64,000 nt of DNA, taken from contig CALVVB010000001.1 in NCBI GenBank assembly GCA_944363735.1, positions 3,524 to 67,523 on the forward strand, given 5' to 3'. A program made the translations under genes and the position numbers. Under the pieces are notes generated by a model. The model saw only the letters and a program-made list of their open reading frames with translations, did no database searches and was not told where the DNA came from. Within the stretch, counting starts at the first letter, position 1. Each line of letters begins with the position of its first letter. Source of the stretch: an uncultured Bacilli bacterium. GTDB taxonomy: Bacteria > Bacillota_I > Bacilli_A > RF39 > UBA660. Shown here in pieces: positions 1 through 8,459 of the stretch.

Positions 1-1229
1 ACATTAGTCATATCAAGATCACCTTTACGACGAGTTAACTCTCTAGCTTTCTTAGCAGCAACTCTAGCTCGTGAAGCAGTTATACATTTTTCAATAATAA
101 TTTTTGCTTCATCAGGATGTTCTAATAAAAATCTTTCAAATGGTTCTGAAAATATTTTATCAGAAACACTTCTAACTTCACTATTACCAAGTTTAGTCTT
201 AGTTTGTCCTTCAAATTGAGGATTAGGATGTTTGATTGATATTATCATTGTAATACCTTCTTTAACATCATCTCCTGTTAATGAATCATCTTTATCTTTA
301 AGGAAATTATTATTCTGTGCATATTTATTTAAAATTCTCGTTAAGGCTCGTCTAACTCCATCTTCATGAGTCCCGCCTTCTGGTGTTGTAATATTATTAA
401 CAAAAGAGTATATTGCTGCATTGTATGATTCATTATATTGAAGTGCCACTTCCAATGATATATCTTGCATTATTCCTGTTATATCAATAATTGTAGGGTG
501 AATTGGATTCTTATTCTTATTAAGCATCTCTACATATTCGCGAATACCACCTTCATAATAAAAACTATCCTTTTTAGGATCTTCTCTATCGTCATATAAA
601 GTTATACGAAGACCTCTATTTAAAAAAGCTAATTCTCTAAGACGAGTTTTTAAAATATCATAGTCATATATAGTAGTATCAGTAAATATCTGATCATCTG
701 GTTTAAATGTAACAGTAGTACCAGTTCTATCAATATCACAATCCCCAATTACTTTTAAAGATTCAACTGGTTTGCCACCTGTTTGATATCTTTGATAATA
801 TATTTTACCATCGCGATAAACTTTAACTTCTAACCAATCAGATAAAGCATTAACTACACTAGCACCAACACCATGTAATCCACCAGATACTTTATATCCT
901 CCACCACCAAATTTTCCTCCAGCATGAAGAACTGTATAAACAGTTTCTACTGTACTCTTACCAGTTTTAGGATGAGTATCAACAGGAATACCTCTACCAT
1001 CATCTTTAACTGTAATACTATTATCTTTATTAATAGTAACTTCAATATGACTACAGTATCCAGCTAAAGCTTCATCTATAGCATTATCAACAATTTCCCA
1101 TACTAAATGATGAAGTCCTCTTGAACTAGTAGAACCAATATACATACCTGGCCTTTTTCTAACTGCTTCCAATCCTTCAAGCACTTGTATCGCTGAAGAA
1201 TCATAATTATTATCTACTTTCTCTTCCAT
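1..1229 (-). CDS. gyrB: DNA gyrase subunit B, N-terminal portion (rest lies beyond window start)
   Basis: Minus-strand ATG at 1227-1229 translates [50 protein letters not shown], the canonical GyrB N-terminus. The frame is still open at position 1 (..[19 protein letters not shown]). It follows recF as in Bacillus. Confidence 0.9.
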   Translation of the reverse strand, partial: MEEKVDNNYDSSAIQVLEGLEAVRKRPGMYIGSTSSRGLHHLVWEIVDNAIDEALAGYCSHIEVTINKDNSITVKDDGRGIPVDTHPKTGKSTVETVYTVLHAGGKFGGGGYKVSGGLHGVGASVVNALSDWLEVKVYRDGKIYYQRYQTGGKPVESLKVIGDCDIDRTGTTVTFKPDDQIFTDTTIYDYDILKTRLRELAFLNRGLRITLYDDREDPKKDSFYYEGGIREYVEMLNKNKNPIHPTIIDITGIMQDISLEVALQYNESYNAAIYSFVNNITTPEGGTHEDGVRRALTRILNKYAQNNNFLKDKDDSLTGDDVKEGITMIISIKHPNPQFEGQTKTKLGNSEVRSVSDKIFSEPFERFLLEHPDEAKIIIEKCITASRARVAAKKARELTRRKGDLDMTN

Positions 1230-1232
1230 ACT

Positions 1233-2348
1233 TTAACTCCTCTCTACTTTTCCATCATTAACTTTAAATATAACTGCATTATTTAAAGTTGGTTTAGAAA
1301 TATTTTTCAAATCAGTAGTTGTTATAATACTCTGAATATCTTTACTAACATATTTTAAAAGCTTATTTCTCTTATTTAAATCAAGTTCACTAAAAATATC
1401 ATCTAATAGAAGTATAGGATTAGTTCCATTATTTTCTTTAAAAATTGGAATAGAAGCAAGTTTATAAGACAGTACAGCACACTTTTGTTGCCCTTCAGAA
1501 GCATAAATTTTCATATCAGTATTATTATCCATAATAAAGTTAAAATCATCTCTATGAGGCCCAAATAATGTCATCCCAGCATTTAATTCTCTCTTATAAT
1601 TTTTTTTATAAGTATCAGATAAACTTCTTCTTATACTTTCTATATCATAAGAATTAATAATTATATTAGGTTTATATTCTATTTTTATTATTCTAATATC
1701 TTCTGTAATATTTCTATAAATATCACTAATATAATTATTAATTAAAGATAAATATTCATATCTTTCTTGATAAATTAAAACAGCTTTCTCTACTAATTTA
1801 TCTGTTAAAATATCTAAATAAGATTTATCAGCAATTCCATTAGTAAACAATATTTTAAGATATTCATTACGTGTTTTTAAGATTTTATTATATTCATTAT
1901 AAGTAACTAAATAAGAATAAGAAATTTGTGACAAAGTCATGTTAAGTAAATTTCTTCTAATATTAGGTGATCCTTTTATAATATCTAAATCATTAGGTGT
2001 AAAAACAATAATATTTAAATTAGAAAGATAATCAGCATACTTTTGAACTTTTTTAGAATTAACATAAATATCTTTATTTTTATCTAAAAAATCTATCTTT
2101 AAGTCTTTAATTTGTCTATTATTTAAGATTCTTCCTTCTATACTAGCTTTTTTTCTATTAAATTTTATAACATCACTATCTAATCCATTTCTAAAGGATT
2201 TAGTAAGTCCAAGTATTGCAATAGCTTCTAAAATATTAGTCTTGCCACTAGCATTATTTCCAATAAAAATATTCATTTTACTACCTAAAGTAATATTAAA
2301 CCTATCATAGTTACGAAAATTCGTAACTCTTAAAGACCTAATTATCAT
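1233..2348 (-). CDS. recF: DNA replication/repair protein RecF
   Basis: 371-aa ORF with an N-terminal Walker A (GNNASGKTNILEAI) and RecF-like length. It sits 3 nt upstream of gyrB. Confidence 0.9.
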   Translation of the reverse strand: MIIRSLRVTNFRNYDRFNITLGSKMNIFIGNNASGKTNILEAIAILGLTKSFRNGLDSDVIKFNRKKASIEGRILNNRQIKDLKIDFLDKNKDIYVNSKKVQKYADYLSNLNIIVFTPNDLDIIKGSPNIRRNLLNMTLSQISYSYLVTYNEYNKILKTRNEYLKILFTNGIADKSYLDILTDKLVEKAVLIYQERYEYLSLINNYISDIYRNITEDIRIIKIEYKPNIIINSYDIESIRRSLSDTYKKNYKRELNAGMTLFGPHRDDFNFIMDNNTDMKIYASEGQQKCAVLSYKLASIPIFKENNGTNPILLLDDIFSELDLNKRNKLLKYVSKDIQSIITTTDLKNISKPTLNNAVIFKVNDGKVERS

Positions 2349-2456
2349 ATTTACTCAAAAAAACGACCATATAATCACCTACACCCTATTTTAGTACTCC
2401 TATACACGCAAGAATATTATATCATATTTAGCCCTAAATAAACAGAAAAAAAGCAA

Positions 2457-2912
2457 TTATTTTGCTTTTTCTTTTCGATTTCTTATAATAGATTCTAATC
2501 TACTCGCTCTCATAACTTGATTATTAAAAGAATAATATGAAATATTCACTGTTATTACTTTATTATTTTTAAATAATATCTCTGTTTTATTATTACCAAC
2601 TTTTCTATAATCTTTAATATTACTTAATGAAATCCAAGTACACTCATCATCTAATGGACTACTAGTAGGAAAAAATATTATGTTTTTTGTATCCTCTATC
2701 AATATTGGTAATTTATAACTACTATTTAAAATATTTTTAGAACCATCCTTTCTTCCAGGATAAGAACTTCCAAAATACTTACAACTATAATCAAGTATTT
2801 CAAGAGGAGTTTTATTAACCTCATATTTATAATCATCCTCAAGAACCATAGATTTCCATACATCATCAGGCATAATAGCAAGTGTTTCATCATTAATTTC
2901 ATAATCTTTCAT
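2457..2912 (-). CDS. comK: ComK-family competence transcription factor homolog
   Basis: 151 aa. Blocks match B. subtilis ComK as I recall it: PLEILDYSCKYFGSSYPGRKDG, KLPILI, IIFFPTSSPLDDECTWIS, ISYYSFNNQVMRASRL. Confidence 0.85.
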   Translation of the reverse strand: MKDYEINDETLAIMPDDVWKSMVLEDDYKYEVNKTPLEILDYSCKYFGSSYPGRKDGSKNILNSSYKLPILIEDTKNIIFFPTSSPLDDECTWISLSNIKDYRKVGNNKTEILFKNNKVITVNISYYSFNNQVMRASRLESIIRNRKEKAK

Positions 2913-3004
2913 AAACCAAAATCCCCTTTCAAAAGCAATAAATTTGCTTTGCTATCAGTCTACTATATTATATTGTCGAAAAAAACATTTTTTTGTCACA
3001 AAAT

Positions 3005-3036
3005 TAAAAAAAAAGTAAAAATTTCTTACTTTTTTT
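3005..3036 (-). terminator. Rho-independent terminator after dnaN
   Basis: Minus-strand hairpin AAAAGTAA/TTACTTTT (plus coordinates 3011-3033) followed by a U-run (plus-strand A-run 3005-3010), just downstream of the dnaN stop. Confidence 0.55.
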
Positions 3037-3052
3037 CTAAAATTATTAATTT

Positions 3053-4180
3053 TTAATAAGTTCTAATAGGTAAAACTAATTGAGTTAAACTATCATCATC
3101 ATCACTTTTTAATAAAATTGGTTTAATTTCTCCAACAAAATATAATTCAACAGTTTCAGTATTAAAAGATTTCAAAGCATCCATCATATATTTAGAACTA
3201 AATGATACTTTTACATCAATATCTTGATCTTTAGTAATAATCATTTTCTCCTCTACTCTACCAATTTCAGCACTAGAAGATTTCATAATCAAATTATTAC
3301 CATCAGTCTCTAATGTAACAGTATTTTTATCTTTATCGCTAGTTAAAATACTAACTCTGTCAACAACGTTGTAGAAATTATTAATATCAAAATGAAGTTT
3401 AACCAGATGATCTTTAGGTAATAAATTAGATGTATTAGGATAAGTACCATTAATTAACCTAGATTGAAATAAAAGATTTTGATATTTAAATAAGATTTTA
3501 TTATTAAATATATGAATTTCTACCATTTCTTCACTATCATCAATTATTCTTGTAAATTCTAATAAATTACGACTAGGAATAACAATATTTTGATTTTCCT
3601 TACTAATTTTATCTAATTTAATAACTTTTCTAGCTAATCTATAAGAGTCAGTCGCATTACATTCCAATACATCTCCAGTAATATTAAAATTAATACCATT
3701 TAATATAGCCTTATTTTCATCAATAGAAGTAGCAAAAGCAGTTTGATTAACAATTTCTTTTAAAATACTTGGTGAAAGTTCTATATGACTTTTACTTTCC
3801 CCTAAATCTATATTAGGATATTCACTTTCACTAATACCATTTAAGTTAAATTCACTATTTTCTGTATAAATAAGAATTTTAAGTTCATCCACCACTTCTA
3901 TATTAATATATTGATCAGGTAATTTTCTAACAATATCTGAAATATATTTACCTTGAATAATAATACTCCCCTCTTCTTTTACTTTTATAATTTCTTCATT
4001 ATCACAATCAATATGAGTTTGAATAGTAATATCATTATCACTTGCAGTTAAAACTAATTTCTTATTTGAAAGGTCAAATTTAATACCTGCTAATACTGGT
4101 ATAACATTGCGACTCGATATAGCTTTAGATACTTTATTAATTGCTTCCATTAAAATTTCTTTTTTAATTGTAAATTTCAT
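3053..4180 (-). CDS. dnaN: DNA polymerase III beta sliding clamp
   Basis: 375-aa ORF directly downstream of dnaA. Length and N-terminus (MKFTIKKEILMEAINKVSKAISSRNVIPVLAGIKF) are typical of DnaN. Confidence 0.92.
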   Translation of the reverse strand: MKFTIKKEILMEAINKVSKAISSRNVIPVLAGIKFDLSNKKLVLTASDNDITIQTHIDCDNEEIIKVKEEGSIIIQGKYISDIVRKLPDQYINIEVVDELKILIYTENSEFNLNGISESEYPNIDLGESKSHIELSPSILKEIVNQTAFATSIDENKAILNGINFNITGDVLECNATDSYRLARKVIKLDKISKENQNIVIPSRNLLEFTRIIDDSEEMVEIHIFNNKILFKYQNLLFQSRLINGTYPNTSNLLPKDHLVKLHFDINNFYNVVDRVSILTSDKDKNTVTLETDGNNLIMKSSSAEIGRVEEKMIITKDQDIDVKVSFSSKYMMDALKSFNTETVELYFVGEIKPILLKSDDDDSLTQLVLPIRTY

Positions 4181-4194
4181 TATTAATTCCTTCT

Positions 4195-4292
4195 TTCTTA
4201 ATATATATTTTTATTTATATAGTGGAAAATGTGGAAAACTACAATTTTCCTTTATATTATAACATATTTTTATTAACAAGTTATGTGGATAA
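4195..4292. other. oriC part 2 (dnaA-dnaN spacer): DnaA boxes plus an AT-rich candidate unwinding element
   Basis: Perfect box TGTGGATAA (4284-4292) and head-to-tail boxes AGTGGAAAA/TGTGGAAAA (4221-4238) abut an almost pure A/T tract at 4195-4220. Confidence 0.75.
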
Positions 4293-4321
4293 AAAGTTAA
4301 AAAATTAAATTTATCAACATC

Positions 4322-5692
4322 TTAAGGTTTTAAATCGTTTTCTAACTTCTTTATTATCGCTGCCAAATCACTGTTATTTTTTATTTCTTGTTCAATTTTT
4401 TCGACAGAATGCATAACTGTAGAGTGATCTTTACCACCAAATTCTGTTCCTATCTTTGGAAAAGATTCACTTGTAAGTTTTCTACATAGATACATGGCTA
4501 TTTGTCTTGGAAAAGCAATATTACTACTTCTTTTCTTACTTCTTATATCTTCAACAGATATTTGAAAATATTCTGAAACAATTTTCTGAATTCTTGTAAT
4601 ATCATTTTTTTCACTAAGACCTTTGCTAATAAAGTCTTTCAATGCTTCAATAGCAAGACTTATATCTATTCTAGCACCTCCCATAATAGTTGAATAAGCG
4701 ACAAGTCTAGTGATAGAGCCTTCAAGTTGTCTTACATCACTTCCCATATTAGATGCAATATATTCTATAACATCTTCTGGTATTTCTGTTTCAAAATTTC
4801 CTGCTATTATTTTTTTACGAAGAATTTCTTTTCTAAGTTCAAAATCAGGTGGATAAATATTAACGGTAAGGCCCCAACAAAACCTTGTTCTAAGACGTTC
4901 CTCTAATAATTTCAAATCATTAGGAGATCTATCTGAGGAAATGATTATTTGTTTAGAATCATTATATAGATTTGTAAAAGTGTGGAAAAATTCTTGTTGT
5001 GTTTGTGTCGCACCACCTAAAAACTGAATATCATCAATTATTAATACATCAATATTTCGATATTTATTTTTAAAAAAGTCTATATAACTGAAATTAGTAC
5101 CCTTCTCGTCCTTTTTATTAATACCAACAAAATCATCTCTAAATTGATCACTTGTAACATAAAGAACCCTTCTATTAGAATTTTCCACAATATAATTACC
5201 TATCGCATGCATTAAATGCGTTTTACCTAATCCACTGTTTCCATAGATAAACAAAGGATTATACATTTTGCCTGGATTTTCAGCAACTGACAATGCCGCA
5301 GCCTGGGCAAATTTATTACTATTACCTACTATAAAGTTTTCAAAATTATATTTTGGATTTAAATTAGATTGATTTTTAAAAGATTTAGGAACTCCTTCTT
5401 CACTTACTTTATCCTCTTCTATTTCTTTCTCAACCTTTTTATTGTTAATTTCATCAGGTAATAAGAATTCTAATTCAAAGTTAGTTCCAGTAACTTTATT
5501 CAAAGCTACTTTAATAAGTTCAAAATAGTTATCAGATAAATGCTTTTTATGAATAGACATAGGGACTTCAATAATCGCTACCCCATTATCTAATTCAGAA
5601 AGTTTAACATCACTAAACCAAGTGTCGAAAGCTAGGGATGAAAGTTCATCTTTAATTTCTTTTAGAACATTTTGCCATAGAATTTCGACATT
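4322..5692 (-). CDS. dnaA: Chromosomal replication initiator DnaA
   Basis: AAA+ Walker A GNSGLGKTHL and a C-terminal DnaA-box-binding domain (GGKDHSTVMHS). The ORF is open to 5731, but GGGAGGTGA precedes an in-frame GTG at 5690-5692 (VNVEILWQNV..), which I take as the real start. Confidence 0.9.
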   Translation of the reverse strand, partial: NVEILWQNVLKEIKDELSSLAFDTWFSDVKLSELDNGVAIIEVPMSIHKKHLSDNYFELIKVALNKVTGTNFELEFLLPDEINNKKVEKEIEEDKVSEEGVPKSFKNQSNLNPKYNFENFIVGNSNKFAQAAALSVAENPGKMYNPLFIYGNSGLGKTHLMHAIGNYIVENSNRRVLYVTSDQFRDDFVGINKKDEKGTNFSYIDFFKNKYRNIDVLIIDDIQFLGGATQTQQEFFHTFTNLYNDSKQIIISSDRSPNDLKLLEERLRTRFCWGLTVNIYPPDFELRKEILRKKIIAGNFETEIPEDVIEYIASNMGSDVRQLEGSITRLVAYSTIMGGARIDISLAIEALKDFISKGLSEKNDITRIQKIVSEYFQISVEDIRSKKRSSNIAFPRQIAMYLCRKLTSESFPKIGTEFGGKDHSTVMHSVEKIEQEIKNNSDLAAIIKKLENDLKP

Positions 5693-5747
5693 CACCCTAT
5701 CACCTCCCACCTGAATTTCATAAATTACCATTATAATACTCTAAATT

Positions 5748-5922
5748 TGTGGAAAAAGAAATAGTAATTTTAAATTTTTTATTTTTCCACAATTTTTAAA
5801 CAAATTTCTCCACAATAAAAATCGACAAATATCAACAAAAAATAAAGTTTTCCACATTTTCCACAAATTTTAAATTCACAAGTTAATATTTATTATCCAC
5901 ATCATGTTGAAATAGTGGAAAA
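5748..5922. other. oriC part 1 (upstream of dnaA): DnaA-box cluster
   Basis: Boxes at 5748-5756, 5783-5791, 5806-5814, 5848-5856, 5857-5865, 5893-5901 (perfect TTATCCACA) and 5914-5922. Most are the TTTTCCACA variant. Confidence 0.8.
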
Positions 5923-6026
5923 ATAAAATAAAAAAACTTATTATTATGAAATGCACCCCTCTGGGGAGACATTTCTAAAAAAACTATAATATGATAGAAA
6001 ACACTTCCGAAAGGAGGTGTTTTCTT

Positions 6027-6284
6027 ATGGCTTCAAAAGGTCAAAAGTTCAGAGACTATAGTGACAAAACAAATATTAAGAATATTATTTTAGAAGAATA
6101 CAAGTTAAAACGAAATATTCAAGAATTATCAGAAAGATATAATATTCCATCTGGAACTATAAAAACGTGGACAAGAAAAATAAACCATCCAGAATTAAAC
6201 ACTGGAAAGAAACGTGGACGTCCAAAAGAAAAAGATTTAACCAAAGAAGATTGGAAAGAAAGATATGAGATATTAAAAAAATAG
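6027..6284 (+). CDS. IS3 transposase OrfA (HTH)
   Basis: AGGAGG at 6012-6017 precedes the ATG at 6027. Sequence MASKGQKF...YNIPSGTIKTWTRK shows an HTH and ends in the slippery A-run. Confidence 0.8.
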   Translation: MASKGQKFRDYSDKTNIKNIILEEYKLKRNIQELSERYNIPSGTIKTWTRKINHPELNTGKKRGRPKEKDLTKEDWKERYEILKK

Positions 6285-7153
6285 CAGGCCTTCCTCAGGG
6301 CACAACAAGAGAGAAAGTAACTTTTATTAATCTATATAGAGATAACTATAAGTTATACAATATGTGTGCCGTACTTAATATAAGTCCAAAAACTTACTAT
6401 AAGTATAGAAATAAGGAAGATCTTGATTATTATGATTATTTAATAATTAAAGAAATATTTGATGATTCTAAAGGTACATATGGATATCGTAGAATTGTGG
6501 AAGGCCTAAAAATCAAATATGAAGTTGTAATGAATGGAAAGAAGGTTTTAAGAATAATGAAAAAGTATAATATAATGCCTAACTATATTAGGAAATCAAA
6601 GAAGAAAAATAAGAATGAAAGAATTGAAGATAATGTTAAACCAAATTTATTAAATAGGAATTTTACTACTGATGCACCAAATAAAGTTTGGGACACAGAT
6701 GTAACTTACCTTATATTTAAAGGTTCTAGAGCATATTTATCAACAATAATTGATTTATATGATAGAAAAGTAATCGCTTATAAAATATCTAAACGAAATG
6801 ATAATAAACTTGTTATGGACACTTTAAATGAAGCGATATCAAAAAGAAAAGATGTATCTGGATTAATCTTGCATAGCGATCAAGGATTCCAATATACATC
6901 TTATGAATACAAAGCAATTTGTGAATCTAATGGTATTACTATTTCTATGTCCAGAAAAGGTACTCCAATAGATGACTCACCAATTGAGAGTTGGCACTCT
7001 CTCCTTAAAAAGGAAACTTTGTATAACAATGATATCACATCTTTAGAAAATTACATAGAATTAGTTGAAGAATGGATAGAATTTTATAATACAACTAGAA
7101 TTAAAGGAAAGAAAGTTAATAAGAAGAAAGGATATAAGAAAAATGATAAATAA
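6275..7153 (+). CDS. IS3 transposase OrfB (DDE), expressed as OrfAB by programmed -1 frameshift
   Basis: Heptamer A AAA AAA lies at 6275-6281. The -1 frame is open from there into the tracked ORF (6362-7153). DDE context is WDTDVTYL, LHSDQGFQYTS, ESWHSLLKKE. Confidence 0.8.
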   Translation, partial: KKIAGLPQGTTREKVTFINLYRDNYKLYNMCAVLNISPKTYYKYRNKEDLDYYDYLIIKEIFDDSKGTYGYRRIVEGLKIKYEVVMNGKKVLRIMKKYNIMPNYIRKSKKKNKNERIEDNVKPNLLNRNFTTDAPNKVWDTDVTYLIFKGSRAYLSTIIDLYDRKVIAYKISKRNDNKLVMDTLNEAISKRKDVSGLILHSDQGFQYTSYEYKAICESNGITISMSRKGTPIDDSPIESWHSLLKKETLYNNDITSLENYIELVEEWIEFYNTTRIKGKKVNKKKGYKKNDK

Positions 7154-7328
7154 AGATGAATTAATATATAAATTAGAAGTAGTAATAGAATATTTAAAAA
7201 ATAATGGTGGAGATGATTATAAATTATATAATCAAATATGTCCAGATATGGGAGAACCTGATTCTAATATTGTTGAATATGCAGAAGATGTTCTATACAT
7301 GATTAATTTATTAATTGATAACAAATAA
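7143..7328 (+). CDS. 61-aa passenger ORF inside the IS, function unknown
   Basis: ORF overlaps the orfB stop by 11 nt, lies inside IRR and is followed by a hairpin. I recognise no family. Confidence 0.35.
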   Translation: MINKDELIYKLEVVIEYLKNNGGDDYKLYNQICPDMGEPDSNIVEYAEDVLYMINLLIDNK

Positions 7329-7370
7329 AGACAAGCTTTATTTGAATAAATATTATAATTACATAATAAA

Positions 7371-7415
7371 AATCAAGGGTCTAGATGAAATCACTTCGTT
7401 CGCCCTTGATTTTTA
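7371..7415 (+). terminator. Hairpin/terminator inside the IS right arm
   Basis: AATCAAGGG (7371-7379) pairs with CCCTTGATT (7403-7411) and is followed by TTTT. The 23-nt loop weakens the call. Confidence 0.4.
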
Positions 7416-7519
7416 TCTAGTTTTTTATTTGATGTCTCCTAAATGGGGTTCACATCATTATTTTAATAAGTTTTTTATATAAATTTTATCTAATATTTCA
7501 TCTAATTTAATAATAAGTA

Positions 7520-7795
7520 CTACTTTTTAGTTATCTCTTTTATTTTATTATATATTTCATCAGAAACTTTATAAATATTTATACCAATAGGCGTACAATT
7601 TATTGCAACAGTATTTTGCCAAGTTTTAATTAAACTAATCGCTTTAATATCAGAATAGTTAATAGTTCTAACTAACTTACCTTTCTTAAACATTTCTAAT
7701 CTGTTATCAAAAAAAACAAAGTCAAATTTAGGTGGTAATAAAATATTAATCCCATTTGTACCAGTTGTAGTAAATCTCAATAATTCTTTATCCAT
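7520..7795 (-). CDS. Hypothetical 91-aa protein, possibly PH-like fold
   Basis: ORF only. Shares an ..INYSDIKAISL.. type motif with the C-terminal domains of the 23102 and 44598 proteins. Confidence 0.4.
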   Translation of the reverse strand: MDKELLRFTTTGTNGINILLPPKFDFVFFDNRLEMFKKGKLVRTINYSDIKAISLIKTWQNTVAINCTPIGINIYKVSDEIYNKIKEITKK

Positions 7796-7887
7796 AATCT
7801 CCTCCTTTAAAAACTTATACTACAATTTAAGTAATATATCAATAATAATATGTATATCAAATTCCTTTATAACTTAAAATAAATTTC

Positions 7888-7917
7888 TTGACAAAGATAT
7901 GAACTACCTATTATAAT
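7888..7917 (+). promoter_or_regulatory. Sigma-A type promoter of the rpmH-rnpA operon
   Basis: TTGACA (7888-7893), an 18-nt spacer, then TATAAT (7912-7917), about 30 nt upstream of the rpmH ATG. Confidence 0.65.
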
Positions 7918-7947
7918 AATGTAGATTTCAAGTCTGGAGGTGTTATA

Positions 7948-8076
7948 ATGAAAAGAACATATCAACCAAATCAAAGAAGAAGAGCAAAAAAACATGGCTT
8001 TTTCGCTCGTAAAGCAAGCGCTGGTAATATTTTAAATAGTCGTCGTAAGAAAGGACGCAAAGAACTAGTAAAATAA
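7948..8076 (+). CDS. rpmH: 50S ribosomal protein L34
   Basis: Not in the ORF track (42 aa). GGAGG precedes the ATG. Translation is [42 protein letters not shown]. Confidence 0.95.
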   Translation: MKRTYQPNQRRRAKKHGFFARKASAGNILNSRRKKGRKELVK

Positions 8077-8122
8077 AATTCACTGTTTTTGCAGTGTTTT
8101 TTTAACTTTAGGACGTGGTCAA

Positions 8123-8449
8123 ATGAACAAGAAGTATATAGTAAAAGAAAGTAAAATTTTTGATGAAGTAATAGAAACAGGAAAAAAAATAAAAAATTAT
8201 AATTTCATCATATTCTATAAAGAAATAAAAGAATCACCTACTAAATATGGAATAACAGTTCCAAAAAAAGTAGGTAAGGCTCATATTAGAAATAAATTAA
8301 AAAGAAAAGTTAGATCTATTATAAGAATATATAATAAAACCTATGAAAAAAATTATAATTGTATTATAATAATAAGAAATAGCTGTCTAGATTTATCTTA
8401 TCAAGAACTTAATAACAGCTTACAATATTTATTAAATAAAATTAAGTAA
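8123..8449 (+). CDS. rnpA: RNase P protein component
   Basis: 108 aa. KKVGKAHIRNKLKRKVR is the RnpA RNR-type motif. Position after rpmH fits. Confidence 0.85.
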   Translation: MNKKYIVKESKIFDEVIETGKKIKNYNFIIFYKEIKESPTKYGITVPKKVGKAHIRNKLKRKVRSIIRIYNKTYEKNYNCIIIIRNSCLDLSYQELNNSLQYLLNKIK

Positions 8450-8459
8450 GGAGCAATAT

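Larger units (their letters stand above)
5947..7457 (+). mobile_element. IS3-family insertion sequence (IS150-like organisation), apparently intact
   Basis: IRL TGAAATGCACCCCTCTGGGGAGACAT (5947-5972) and the reverse complement of IRR, TGATGTGAACCCCATTTAGGAGACAT (7457-7432), match at 19/26 positions with TG..CA ends. TTA flanks both ends (5944-5946 and 7458-7460). orfA/orfB carry a -1 frameshift site. Confidence 0.85.

Noticed and set aside
2979-2994. A7-CA-T7 inverted repeat upstream of comK, considered as a ComK AT-box (AAAA-N5-TTTT) for autoregulation.
   Set aside because: A functional K-box needs two AT-boxes at helical spacing, and I found only one. Such A/T runs are common in this genome.
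5693-5731. N-terminal extension of dnaA (MVIYEIQVGGDR..) and similar upstream extensions of rpsF, rpmE, hpf, secA, fba, the SGNH hydrolase, the SpoIIQ-like gene, agrA and PBP1 in the ORF track.
   Set aside because: In each case a strong Shine-Dalgarno sequence precedes an internal in-frame start, and the resulting N-terminus matches the family consensus, so the extensions are longest-ORF artefacts.
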